Part shown: piece by piece, positions 36,161 through 48,746 of the stretch | Layout of the letters: each line of letters starts with the position of its first letter | Numbering within the stretch: position 1 is the stretch's first letter | Origin: Folioceros fuciformis | Taxonomy: Eukaryota | NCBI GenBank assembly: GCA_049999805.1 | Contig: JBNGIO010006255.1 | Coordinates: 556,922 to 620,921 of the forward strand | Direction: 5' to 3' | Length of the DNA stretch: 64,000 bases | Program-made: the position numbers and the translations under genes | The notes under the pieces: model-generated | What the model saw: only the letters and a program-made list of their open reading frames with translations | Database searches by the model: none | What the model was told of the DNA's origin: nothing

Positions 36161-39091
36161 ATGCCACTTGCGTGCGTCGCGGATCCCGCCCCACTGCATC
36201 TGCGAGATCGCATCATGTGCGGCACGACAGCAGCCCTCAATTCCCTGCCCCGATCGGAGTCCTTCCGGCTGGAGGTGCGGCCGGCGCAGTCGCTCACCAC
36301 CACGGCCACCAGCTCCTGCACGCTCACAGATTCCGACAGCGGGGACAGGGAACGTGACGACGGCGGGGGCATGGAGGCGGACTATCCCCGGGTGGCGGCG
36401 GGCAGGGGAAAAAGCCACGCCTCCACCTCCACGCGCAGCCGTCGGCACAACAGCAGGACCAGTGGTGGCGGCGGTGGCGGGGGAGCAGGAAGCAATTCCC
36501 CTCCTTTGTCCTCGGAGGCGCACGTGGGGGAGTCCATGAGCGGCACGGAGGGCGGCCTGGCCAGTCGATCCAGCAGTGAGAGCATTGTGCACCAGAGCTC
36601 GCAGCCGGGAGACCGCTTTGTGGTGGCAACCACGGCCAGCACAAGCACTGGGAACTCCTTCAAGGTTGCCGCGCCACAGGCCTGGAACGCGCTGGCGGAC
36701 TCAGTGCATCGCGCGGTGGCCTCCAATCGGGCGTGGGCCTCGGATTGGCGGGACTCGCACCCGCCTCTCCCCTTCGGCAACAAGCCCAGAGAGCACAAGG
36801 CTATCAGGCTGGGCAGCCACAAATCCGCCTTCAACACCGTTCCGGCTTCTGCTAACAAGGCGGCCGTCAGCTTCACCTTCAGCGGCTGTGCCAGCGCAAG
36901 CGCCAGCGCCAGCGCAAGCGAGGATGCCAATTGCGGCTCGCAATTGCAGGACGCCGGTGAGCACGACCAGGATCAAGCCTGCTCCGTTGTGGGCAGTCCG
37001 GAACATCCAGCAGCCGTAGCACCTGTTCCTGCACCCGTGCCAGCCTCTGCCTTCCCCCCCAAGAAACGCCCTTTCCTCGCCACAGTGTCCAGCGTGAGCG
37101 TCACTGCGGACGAGGACCAAGCCGATCTCGCAGGAGACGCCCTCAGCCTCAGCCCTCCCCGACAACAACAACAACAACAAGACGCTGAAGACGACGAAGA
37201 AGAAGAAGGTGATGAGCAGTGCTCTCCCAAGCCCGCCAAGTCTGCCCGGCTCTCCCCCAAATCTACCCAGGACTCCCTGTCCCGCAAATCTGTCAACATT
37301 TTTGTGGATCTCAACGTGAGCAGCCACGAGCTGGTGCCCATCAACAACCACATTGAGGTGTGCAAGCGGGTAGCATCCGGGCTGCCCCGGAAGGGCCAGC
37401 AGCAGCAGCAATCGGGGAGCCAGGAAGCCGCGAGCTCGTCAGGGGGATGGACTGCTCCAGGACCTCCGGTGCTAGGTTTGAGCCTGGCGTGGGACCACAG
37501 CGGGCTCTGCAACACGCCGTGCACGAGCGAGGGGCATCCCGCTCCGAGGGAGGATCCGGAGCTGGCGTCCATCACGCAAGCTGGGGTGGCCATCGCCAGC
37601 CCAGCCAGGAGCAAGAGCGTGTTCCACACTCGGACCCGGGATGCGCACGTCTCCAGCTCGCAGGTGAGCAACTCTACCGTGCACGACAGCCTGGATGATG
37701 GGCGGCAGGCGTGGGACGCGCCGAGGCCGCTGGGGGGAGGCACCATCACCCGGGAGCTGCACCGGGCGCAGGCGCAGCACCTGGCGGCCGCCTTCCAGGC
37801 TCGGGTCACCCGGGGCCAATCGGAGGAGGTGGTGAAGAAATCGGAGCACGCCAGGCTGAAGCTCAGCCTGCAATCCACAGCAGCTTTGTTCGAGAATCCG
37901 CCGGCGGGGATGGAGGCGCAGGGACTGAGCTTGGTGCACCTGCTGCTGCAGTGCGCGGATGCTGCGGCCAAGGACGATTCGTCCCTGGCAGCTGACATCC
38001 TGGGCCAGCTCTACCAGGGCGCGTCCCTGTACGGGGACTCCATGCAGAGGATCGCTGCCTACTTCGCGGAAGGCCTGGCGGCCAGGGTGGTGGGGAAGGC
38101 GTCCCCGGTGTACGCCACCCTGATGCACCAACCGTCTGTGCGGGAGAGTCTTCTGGCCTTCACTGCGCTGTACAAGGTGTCGCCATACTTCCAGTTCGCG
38201 CACTTCACAGCCAACCAGGCCATCCTGGAGGCCATGGTCGGGGAGGAGTTGGTGCACGTGGTGGACCTGGACATCATGCAGGGATTCCAGTGGCCGTCTC
38301 TGATCCAGTCCCTGGCCACACGCCCGGGAGGACCTCCGAGGCTGCTGAGGATTACGGGTGTTGGGGAGGAAGGGATTCTTAGAGACACGGGTCAGAGGTT
38401 AGTCAGCTTTGCTGCCTCCTTCGACATGGCGTTCGAATTCGACGCTGTGGCAAGGGACTTGGAGCATGTCACGGCCAACTGCATCCGTCCCAGGCCGGGG
38501 GAAGCCATTGCCGTCAACTGCGTGTTCAAGCTCCACACCCTTCTGTACCAGCCCGATGAGGAAGGCCATTCCAACAAATCGCCCAGCAGATCCGACGGGC
38601 AATACCAGCCGGCCAGGCTGCAGGGCTTTTTGCGCAGCACCGTGGCTCGGCTGGGGCCCAGGGTGGTGACACTGGTGGAGCAGGAGGCGAGCCACAATGC
38701 GCCCACCTTCCTGGCGCGGTTCGTGGAGGCTCTGCACTACTACGCGGCCATATTCGATTCCCTGGACGCGTCGTTGCCGCAGCAGAGCGAGGACAGGGTG
38801 AAGATCGAGCAGGTGCATTTTGCCACCCAGATCAAGAACATCGTGGCGTGCGAAGGGGCGGAGCGGGTGGCCAGGCACGAGACCGCGCAGGTGTGGCAGC
38901 AGAGGATGAAGGCAGCGGGATTTGTGCAGCTGCCTTTGAGTTCTCACAATGTTACGCAGGCCAAGTTGTTGCTTCAACTGTGTCCTTGTGAAGGATACAA
39001 GATGGCGGAGGAGGCTGGCTTGGTTTCCTTGGCATGGCAGGATAGGCAACTGCTCACTGCTTCAGCCTGGGCCTGTCGGGGGCGCACGTAG
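36161..39091 (+). CDS. Intronless GRAS transcription factor, 976 aa, long low-complexity N-terminus
   Basis: GLSLVHLLLQCADA..GDSMQRIAAYFAEGLAAR, SPYFQFAHFTANQAILEA..VHVVDLDIMQGFQWPSLIQSLA, VEQEASHN..RFVEALHYY, ACEGAERVARHE, LAWQDRQLLTASAW. First in-frame ATG is at 36161. Confidence 0.96.
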   Translation: MPLACVADPAPLHLRDRIMCGTTAALNSLPRSESFRLEVRPAQSLTTTATSSCTLTDSDSGDRERDDGGGMEADYPRVAAGRGKSHASTSTRSRRHNSRTSGGGGGGGAGSNSPPLSSEAHVGESMSGTEGGLASRSSSESIVHQSSQPGDRFVVATTASTSTGNSFKVAAPQAWNALADSVHRAVASNRAWASDWRDSHPPLPFGNKPREHKAIRLGSHKSAFNTVPASANKAAVSFTFSGCASASASASASEDANCGSQLQDAGEHDQDQACSVVGSPEHPAAVAPVPAPVPASAFPPKKRPFLATVSSVSVTADEDQADLAGDALSLSPPRQQQQQQDAEDDEEEEGDEQCSPKPAKSARLSPKSTQDSLSRKSVNIFVDLNVSSHELVPINNHIEVCKRVASGLPRKGQQQQQSGSQEAASSSGGWTAPGPPVLGLSLAWDHSGLCNTPCTSEGHPAPREDPELASITQAGVAIASPARSKSVFHTRTRDAHVSSSQVSNSTVHDSLDDGRQAWDAPRPLGGGTITRELHRAQAQHLAAAFQARVTRGQSEEVVKKSEHARLKLSLQSTAALFENPPAGMEAQGLSLVHLLLQCADAAAKDDSSLAADILGQLYQGASLYGDSMQRIAAYFAEGLAARVVGKASPVYATLMHQPSVRESLLAFTALYKVSPYFQFAHFTANQAILEAMVGEELVHVVDLDIMQGFQWPSLIQSLATRPGGPPRLLRITGVGEEGILRDTGQRLVSFAASFDMAFEFDAVARDLEHVTANCIRPRPGEAIAVNCVFKLHTLLYQPDEEGHSNKSPSRSDGQYQPARLQGFLRSTVARLGPRVVTLVEQEASHNAPTFLARFVEALHYYAAIFDSLDASLPQQSEDRVKIEQVHFATQIKNIVACEGAERVARHETAQVWQQRMKAAGFVQLPLSSHNVTQAKLLLQLCPCEGYKMAEEAGLVSLAWQDRQLLTASAWACRGRT

Positions 39092-39681
39092 CTTTGGCTC
39101 CGGGTGCTGCCAGCACCACAATTTTGCTTATCAGCAGGCAGGCAGGCAATGGCTATGTAGACAGTAGACGGTAGGGCGAATTCCTGGGCACTTCTGAGCA
39201 AAATTGTCGGTTGCTGGTCTGCACCTCTGTGTACAGGATGGGCAGTCCTTCCTATGTAACATTTCACAACATTTTTATTTGAATGCCATGTGCTCAAATT
39301 GGGAATGTCACAGATTCCTGGCTCGGCTCGGCACGGCTCGCCTCCTGCTTGGATAAACAATGCTTGCTGCAATGCAAATACAATGGCCTCAAGCAGCTGC
39401 TGTCCTTGCATTGTGGCAAGCGGGCACGAAGCGGCACTAGACTTGACTGTAGAGGGTACACTGCCCCTGACCCTCACACTGTCGGTATTATCCACCATGC
39501 GCACTGTGCTGTGATCACAAGGATTCCTAAGCGTACCACGTTGTGGCAATATCCAGTGTCTGGGGTTCACCGCCGGATTCCTCCAGCAATATATATTCCA
39601 TGTTCTTCACTCTGCCAAAAAGATTCTTCATTTTCAACGCTGTTTCGATTAGGGTGGTGCGGTGATTGATTCTTCACTCTC

Positions 39682-41185
39682 CTAGTGCAAGATCCAAAAA
39701 CCGCCTTGCCAGATGAACAAGGTCAAAGTACATATTCCAGTAGCTTGGTAAATCTGGTCGCTTCTCTGAAATTTCCCACAGGTTCCACAGAACGCGTTAC
39801 ATGTGGTTGTCCACCGCCCTTGTTTTTTTGTTAGGACTGACCTAGGTAGGGGCAGACGACAGACGCACCAACACCAAACTTCTGTGCACCACGGGGCTGC
39901 CGAATCCGGTGATATCAATCAGACAACCGGCAGCGGACCAGTGCATACCTTGTCCTGCCGTGATGTCGGTTTGTGTGTAGCCAGGGCAGAAGCTGTTCAC
40001 AAAGATCCTTGCCCCAGCCGGCCTGTCAGCCAGGTCCCTGGCCAGCATCCTCGTATACGCGTTGACAAAGGCTTTAGAAACAGAGTAATGAGGGTACATC
40101 GTGGCCCATGTATCACTCTTGCGCTGCTTTGCATCGATGTAGAATTTTTTCATGACTTCTTCCATCTTCTTCTCCGATAGGGTCTCAATTCTATCCCAGG
40201 TCAGCCTCGCACTTGCTTTGATGACATTCTGCTTTCATCAGCAAAAAACAAAACGAAACCTATCGGGTCGTGATCCAACAAAAGTACTTTCACACAGGGG
40301 CCACCCGGTACAACAAAATGAAGAACCGGGGCCACGAGTACCGAAGAGCCACAACTTACAGAGAACTGCCCAAGCCTGGAACTGACGTTGACAATCCGAG
40401 CACCGGACTTGGAGGGTCGCAGAAGAGGCAGAATAGCTTCTGTCACATTCTTCACACCATAGTAGTTCGTTTGCATGACCTTTCGTGCATTATCCAAATC
40501 TGGTGAGTCCGGTGCACCGAAGATCGATGCATTGTTCACCTGCCAGTAACATACATTGCACTAACAATCAAAGGGCCTCCTTAACTCATCGTACGAGCTC
40601 TAGGACTCTTTCTCAGAAAAGGCTAGGACCCCGGTGCAGACGAAACCCTTAAACAGCCTACTCAACAGACGTGATAGCACCTTTCAGCGAAGTGTCATGT
40701 GCAGAAGGCTTGATTACCTCAGATACATGCGTGATCGTTCTGGTACAGCAACACAGGACTCGAGATATGAGCAAGACCCTTTACTGCTCACGCAGATGAT
40801 GAAACCAGAACGTTGCTTAAATCTCACCAGGATGTCAATGCCACCAAATTGCTCCCTCAGCCAGTCAGCAAACTGCCGGACGGACTCCAGATTAGACACA
40901 TCCAGTTGGCGGTACATCACCAGCAACCCCGCTTCCCGCAGTCTGTCCACGGCGGCCTCACCACGATCCACATCCCGACACGTCATTACGGTTGTGATAC
41001 CCAGTTTGGCAAGCTGCCTCACAATCTCAAACCCGATGCCCTTGTTGCTACCTGTGACCACGGCCACGGTATCCTCGGACCACCACCTACAAGAACCAAC
41101 CAAGCCTCAAAATCATTCCCCTGCAAGCCACAGTTTCAATGCTACATCAGCGTCAAGTAGATCACCTTCTCGTAGTAGCCGCCAT
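39682..41185 (-). CDS. Short-chain dehydrogenase/reductase (carbonyl reductase / neomenthol dehydrogenase-like), about 5 exons
   Basis: MAATTR|RWWSEDTVAVVTGSNKGIG, QLDV, GGIDIL|VNNA, TNYYG, RIVNVSSRLG, YSVSK, FCPGYTQTDIT. GT-AG junctions, e.g. intron 41165-41087. The last exon is diverged and its boundary is uncertain. Confidence 0.9.
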
Positions 41186-41563
41186 GAAGTGATGGACAGG
41201 AACCGAGCCCGCACAAATTGCATGACCAAGGAAGTCGGTACTTCGGAATACCGGCACCAAGGGAGCAGACACGAATGCCTCACTTCTCTACATGTAGGTT
41301 ACGTTTAATTTGTCACTTCGATTTTCGTTACCACATATGCTGCTGCCACTCCTTTCTGGCAAGATAAATAATAACATCATCCCCGTGTGAAAGCGAACCT
41401 ATGCCTATGTATCTATATGACGCCCATGTCTTAACGCTGGCTTTTGTACTTACTTAGCAAAATCCCCTATCAACTCACTACCTAATTAATATAGGTGACA
41501 AGGTCATGACAAAAATGGCAACCCATCCAGCACGGCCTAAATGTTGCCACTTGAGGAGCAGCT

Positions 41564-43455
41564 TTAGGAAGCACAGGATCGCTCGGGCAAGCCAGGAAAC
41601 AAGCACAGGTCAAGTGTCAGCTACAAACATTGGGAAGCGAGCTTGAGTGTCGCTACACAGGTGTCTACCAGTCCACCTCAGTCTGCTCATGGCAAGATTT
41701 CAAAACATCTGCAACGACTGGCCATCTATGTCCGCATCGCTGCAACCAGCCAATCATTCGGGCTTCTTGTGTTACACTTGAGCCAGCTTTTGCCACTGGA
41801 GTTGAGCTTGTGTCCAAAGATGATCCTTCGATGACATTTTGGCGTCGGGCTGGCTGGTCATGCCCCAGTTACAAAGTTCCATCTCCTCGTGACCTCCTGC
41901 TGCTCCATATTCAAAGCTTGCACTTTCAAATACCTTCTTCATTGCACCTTGGATGTCTTCTGCCCCCCACTCTTCGCCTTTTCAGTTCCTGAGAAATTTA
42001 AACTCGAGTCATGCTGACAGGACTACCAGTAGTACAAGACATGGATGCTACAGCAAGACGGGAAAGAACCCGACGGACCTCTGGCACGCACACACCTGAT
42101 GCGAGAGGGGCCCCAATCCACAGATCTCCGCCTGCAAATGATTCTGCAAACCCTCGATCACTCTGCCAACATCTGTAAAGCACGGCACATCAATTGCAAT
42201 GAGACGTTGTTCCACAGCTACAACGTGTAGCGTGACATGCATTATCACTACATCCTGGATGGAGTTTGAGCACGTGGAGATGTAATTGAGCCAGTTCTGC
42301 ATAGTAGCTGACCAACGCTGCAGGTCCTGGATTGTTTCCTCAACGATTATCACTGGAGAAGACACGAGTACTTTACTAAACAATTTCCTCCGCAGATGTG
42401 CAACAGGCTGGGGCCTATGGAACGCAACAGCAAGCTTGGGGAAGATCCAGATACGAGCACATAGCCACACAAAGTAAGGATCGGTGAGAACAGGAAGAAA
42501 CTCTACCCTTACGCTGCTGCAAACAAGGACAGTGCATAGTCCTTTGCACTCGCCATTCCTTCATGTCTGGCTGAGGCTGCGTCTGCCAGCTCCAATCGAA
42601 GGTTCTCCAGCCCGACATGCTCAGGTGTGCCCTTGAACAAGGTGCTGCTGGATCTGACTAGCCCTTGTTCAGGTGTGTGGAACTGTTCGTTGTTGCCAGC
42701 TTCAAGGGAACCAGGATCATCCAACACTAGTCTCTACCTTCCTTCCACTAGCATCATGGAAGGATTCCTAACCTAATCAGACAGTTGGTCTTAAGCTATG
42801 TATTCTTAAATGTAATTAATGAAACTAATTTTATTATTAATTTTAGTATTGACAAAAGTATTCAGAGTTATACATTGGTGTGGAATTATAATGACAAAAG
42901 GTGATTGGCTACAAACATTCGTAGAAATACGTATGTACGTTGCGCACAGTATGTATGTAGTGTATGCAAAACCTCTGTACAGTTGATGTATGTCGCCAGC
43001 CAGATTGCGCTTCCTCCTCTCACGAGATTCTTGGGCTAATCCGAGAGCAGGGATCGGACTCGTTGGAGCCTCAGCCGGAGTTTGTCGACTGCATTCCAGC
43101 AGTTTCAACTGTAGCCTTGACCGCAGCCAGTCGAGAGCTGGAGTTTCCACACCAGATCTGTGTCTACAGCGGGAATTAGCTGCGGATCATGCCTTCTCGT
43201 AGGCTGGTAGGGAAATTTGAGCTCTTCAGCTTCAGTTCGCATTACTTCATTGTAACAGTCATTGGTAAATTGTCAGATGCATTTTCCGAACAGCAGGCGA
43301 GAGCCGAGGAGTTACTTGAGACAGTCAGATCTCGCTAGTTTTGTGGGAGCGTCATCGAGCACTGTGCAGCTCGAGTTTGTCAAGTTGCGCTTTTGAGCTT
43401 TTGGATAGGGCTGTTTTGCAGCAATCTGTATCGGAAATTTTGTCTCTGACAGCAT
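41564..43455 (-). CDS. Putative uncharacterised multi-exon gene, no recognised domain
   Basis: Phase-consistent GT-AG chain: 43455-43316, 43163-42973, 42726-42513, 42414-42096, 41988-41934, 41708-41677, 41620-41564. Basic clusters RERRKR and KRRR. First and last exons are the least certain. Confidence 0.45.
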
Positions 43456-46400
43456 GGCCACGGCCAATTCCACCACGCTGGATTTCATCAACTCCATGTT
43501 TCCGAATGGTTTGTTTCATGATCTATTTACCGGTGCAGGGGCGTTCATTTGTAGCTGTGCAAGGGCATAGTCAGGTGCTTCGGTGCTGAAATCTCTTGTT
43601 CCTGAGTTCCCTTATTTTTGGAGCAGAAGCTTCACTGGTGGCTGTTGAGCCGTTGATTTTGAAACTTCGCAACAAGATACGCCATGTAGATGCCGAAATA
43701 TTGTTGGCAGTGAGACAGCAGGTACCCCTGTTATCGAAGAGCACTTGTCCCTAATCTCATACAGCATGGTTCATGATGTTATTGCGCGTGGCTGGTTTCC
43801 TGTGATGGCAATGACTGTATGTAATAGAACTCTAATCCTTGAGTCCCATATGTATAGAGCACGTCCGGGACAAAGGCTAAGGAAGATCTTGCTTGTGCAA
43901 CTGGAGCAATTCAGGTGCCTGAAATTCTACAATGGACTAGCCTCCCTGTGAACTGCATGTGGGATAAATCGTGAGGTATTGACTGCTGTTCTGCTTAGGA
44001 ACTGGCCCAAAAGATCAAGGAAATAAAAACGAAAGCAGAACAAAGCGAGGTTATGGTGCAAGAAATATGCAGGGACATCAAGAAGCTGGACTATGCAAAA
44101 AAGCATATTACCACCACAATTACTGCGTTACATCGACTAGCAATGCTGGGTATATTTTGGTCAAGTGTTGACAGCTATTGACAGATTTCTGTTTGTTATC
44201 ATTCGCAGACATACGTAGGTGAATCCAGTGTTTTGGAGTCTCACCCGTTTTCTGGGAACTGTTTATGTCCAGTGTCTGCCGTAGATCAGCTGCAAGCTAT
44301 GGCCGCTAAGCGCCAGTACAGGGAGGCGGCTGGACAGCTTGAGGTTTGTGATTCTTTCCTTGTCAGTATCCATGGGCTCAAAATGCACGACATGAGACGT
44401 TTACTCCTCCTCAAGCGGTTATATTGGTCCCGGTGTACTAAACTAGGTCTTTCTTTTGTTTTTTTGCACGGATTCAGGCTGTGAATCAGCTTTCTAGCCA
44501 TTTTGAGGCATATAACGATATTCCCAAAATCAATGAGCTCCGAGACAAGTTCAAGACAACAAAAGCAACATTAAAGGCGTGTGTGTTTTCTGACTTCTCT
44601 AGGTAGAGAACCTTTCGTTTCACTTGTACAGCTCATAATTCCGAGCAACTGTCAAACATTGTCAATGACCCTTGTATGATGTGAAGCTCACATGCTGCAG
44701 CTCTATAATCTGCTTCGCCTGTTTGCACGTTGTCTTGCAGCTTAGGTACAGCTGCACTGAAGGATGATGATGGGCACTTGATGCAGCAGCTATCAGATGC
44801 TTGTTTGGTCATCGATGCACTAGATCCTTCTGCTCGTGAGGAGCTCATACGGAATGTGTGTAGCAAGGAGTTGACTGCATACCAGCAAATTTTTCAAGGC
44901 ACAGGTAACTTGCGTGTTTAGGGTGCAATTTTGTGTCTCGAGTACTCTGCATACTGTGTCTTTCAAGCATTTGTTGACTGTGTTCTAAGTTGACCTTTTT
45001 TCACGAGCAGAAGTGGCAAAACTTGACAAAGTGGAGCGTCGTTATGCTTGGATTAAGCGTCAGTTGCGTGCTAATGAAGAAGTCTGGCAGATATTCCCAT
45101 CAGCTTGGCGTGTCCCTTACCTGCTCTGCATGCAGTTTTGCAAAGTTACGAGGTACACACGTCTTGCAAGTTCATCAGATGAGCTTGACAGTTTTGAGCA
45201 GGTCCATGCTGTCTCATTTTGGTTAAGGTTCCAAGACACACACGCAAAGAAGCTATCTGATTTGTATGAGAAAGCAGTATTGGCCTTGACCATGACCGAG
45301 TGATTGGACACGTGCTGCACAGAGCTTTAAAGGGAGAATGTTTTGTGACAGGGCAAACCTTATGGAGATTCTTGACGGTGTTGATGGAGCCAAGGAGAAA
45401 CCAGATGTGGCAACTTTGCTGCAGGTACTCTCTGTCTGTGTATTGACCATCAGACGTCTGGCTGACCATGTACTTCATATTAATTCCGGGGAGGCTTGTA
45501 TTCGGTTGACCTGAGTATCTTAGGTGCTCTCTAGGGCTTGCAAAGAACACTTGAGTTTGAGCAAGAGCTAGTAGAACGATTTGGTGGGAGCGATTCAGGT
45601 GTCAGCCGTGATGAAAGAGATAACAGGGGCCATGCCGACAGAGAAGCGCTGGGTTTAGTCGAAGCCACTGACTCTGCAGTCAAGGATGAACAAGAGGTAA
45701 CGTCTGCTAAACATACGTTTGCCTATCTGGGTGTGCAGTGTGTATGGCCCTGTTGAACACCTTCACTGTGCAAGTAGACATTGTTGGACCACTTTCCAGT
45801 GTGTGTTTTTCAGAGTCTAAGATCTGGATTCTGCCATATTATGTCAGGGCAAAGTATCCCTCGAGTTTGAGGAGTCCAAGCGAAGCACAGGTTTAGCCAC
45901 AGCTGTAAGTGTCTACCTCTTGAATTTGTCTCCGCTGTGCATCGGTGTCCCTCTCGCAGTAATTGTGATCATAATATCAGTCTGTGTACCTTCAGGCTGC
46001 TATGAAATTCAGTTTTCGTGGTACGATATCGTCATGCTTTGAGCCACATCTTGGCTCTTATGTCGACCTGGAGGAGAAGACGCTGATGGAAAGTTTGGAG
46101 AAACTCATTCAGGTTCCGTCTCTCTTTAAGTGTCCTTTCTGTGTGCGTGTCGTGAATATTCGACCTTGCTGTAAGTGTAGGATAGCTTCACAAAGAGTTA
46201 TGGAATTTGAAAAGACGTCCTGTTGCTGCAGGAAGAGACTTGGGAAGCAGAGGAAGGCAGCAATACAAGCATCCTCTCCAGCAGTTCACAGGTGGCTATT
46301 TCCTTCCAATACAGACTATGCCGCCCTTGGTCAAGCAGAAAATCATCATGACCACATGTCATCGATCGGACTGGTGATCTGACATGTCTCTATCAACAGA

Positions 46401-48507
46401 TTTTCCTTATCATAAAACGAAGTTTGAAAAGATGCAGCAATCTGACTCGGAATCAAACGCTTTTTAACCTCTACAAGGTAAGTGAAAAACCTGCAGCATA
46501 TTGCCGTGTTGAGCTGGTCTCGACGTCGTCAACGTAGATAACCTTCAGCACTGCTTTCATTTGCCATTGACTTGCAGGTGTTTCAGCGCGTTCTGAGGGC
46601 CTATGCCGCGAAGCTCTTGGTAAGGTTTCCGAAGGGCGGCACTGGCATAGTAGCCACTGCAACTGGTACCGATGGGCAGATTAAGGTTACCCGGCCTCTG
46701 ACATCAATGCCATGCATCACTTCGTTTTGCGAATGGCATGCAGCTAACCATAAGACAGCATTCACATGGTTATCAATTAACCTTCAAGTAATTTTACGTT
46801 GTCTGGTATCTGCAGATGACCGAGAAGGATGAGAGAGTGATGTGCTACATTGTGAATACGGCTGAGTACTGCCATGAGACGGTACAATAACCCAGCAGAA
46901 ACGATTTCCGGCAAGCCATTTACTTCTTGCGTCGTGTTGCAGCAATCTTTTGTTATCATATTAGAGGATTATCTTTCCGATTGCTCGTTACAGGCTGGTC
47001 AGCTGGCGGAAAACATCTCAAAAGTGATTGACGTCCAATTCTCTGAAAGTATTGACATGTCAGAGGAACAGGTATAGTAAATCATTTGATTCGTTACTCG
47101 TGAACACTAGCAAGATACTTAGAAGTGGTACTCATGGAACGGAGCTGCCCCTGTTCTGCAGGATGAGTTCTCAGGTGTGATAACAAAGGCTCTGTCAACA
47201 TTGGTGCTAGGTCTAGAAACAAAGCTCGAAGCTGAACTTGCAGCTATGGCACGAGTGCCTTGGGGAACACTAGAAGCAGTTGGAGATCAATCAGAGTAAG
47301 CCTGTACACCTCTTACGGCTCTGCAGTTACGCTGTGGTTCAAAACGAAGGTGATTCAGGAGTTTCCTGTGAAACAGATATGTTAATGGCATCAGTTCCAT
47401 CCTCTCAAGCAGTGTTCCCGTGATTGCTGGCCTGCTGTCAACTGTTTACTACTCTTTCTTCATGGACAAGGTATGTGCAAGAACATGGCAGGCCTGTGTA
47501 CTGGTTGTTGCATGTCTGTATGTTCTGACACCTGCCTTTGAGTGCTGTGAACAGCTTGCAGCATCTTTTGCTCCAAGGTTTCACCTAAACATATATAAGT
47601 GTAAGCGCATCTCTGAAACAGGAGCGCAGCAGGTAAGCGCTCGTGTTCGCCTTGTAGTTGAAGCAACGGTGGTTGTTGATATATCAGTTCTAACCTACTC
47701 ACACCTATGGACGCCAAGCAGATGTTGCTTGACACTCAGGCTGTAAAGACTCTGTTACTAGAAGTCCCAACACTTGGTGGCCAGGTACGGCGTTCTTCGT
47801 TTAACTAGTACACGTTTCGTTTGCAGTTTTTTTTATTAATAGTTTGAGCTGCACGCAGAGCTCAGCGTCACCGACCTATAATAAATTTGTCACTCGTGAA
47901 ATCTCGAAAGCTGAAGCTTTACTGAAGGTGAATTTGCAAGCTCTGTGTGGAGTTGCGCTGAATTTCGTGCTTGAGGTTGTGACGATAACCCGTATGTTTG
48001 GCTCCTTGACAGGTAATTCTGTCGCCTGTTGAAGCCATCGCAGACACTTATCGGGCATTGCTACCTGAGGGGACATCTGCTGACTTTCAGAGGATACTTG
48101 ATCTGAAGGTTGGTCAGAAACACGTTGTAGCTTCCTGCAGGCAAGGCGCGCTGACTCCCTTTACTCATAAGTCAGTGCGTGCTTGCGTGCAGGGTTTGAA
48201 GAGGACGGAGCAACAGCCACTGTTAGATCAATTTAACAAGCGGGGACCTGGAGGGCTGATTACCGCGAGTCCTACTACCCCAACTGCAGCGCAGTTTGCC
48301 AGTGCAGTTTCATCCTTTCTTCCCAGCCCAGGAACACCCAATCCAGGGAGAGAGGCAATGATGTCCCGGGCAGCGGTATTTGCCAGTGCAGGAAGAGGCG
48401 CTTTCTCGCAGTCTGCAGCCACCATGAAGAGGATTTTTTCATTAGCCGAATCTGCTAAAGACAAGAAGGAGGTACCATCATTCCGGAAGCTGTTTAACGC
48501 CCAATAA
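43454..48507 (+). CDS. VPS53: Vacuolar protein sorting 53 (GARP/EARP subunit), more than 20 short exons
   Basis: [117 protein letters not shown], ending FRKLFNAQ*. Confidence 0.96.
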
Positions 48508-48746
48508 ATCTCACGTTTTGCCAACTGAGCCATAGAGTGTCAAGATGGTAAAACGAGATTGACGTCTTGGTAACTTATTCGGATGTCAGGATGTTTTTGG
48601 CATTGGCACCTGATTCCTACACTTAGCGTTGCCCATCTCATTGCGGTAGTGCACAAGAATCTGACGTTAGCTCACTCATACACGGCAGGGCAACACAATT
48701 GAGGGCCTCGCTTGATCCCTTTCACTAACTGCAATAGATAAACTTC

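Noticed and set aside
36007-39049. Many long antisense or alternate-frame ORFs over the GRAS genes
   Set aside because: Expected shadows of high-GC coding sequence; no recognisable domains.
36161-39091. Calling either GRAS gene DELLA or RAM1 by symbol
   Set aside because: There is no DELLA/VHYNP motif, and RAM1 orthology needs a phylogeny I cannot run.
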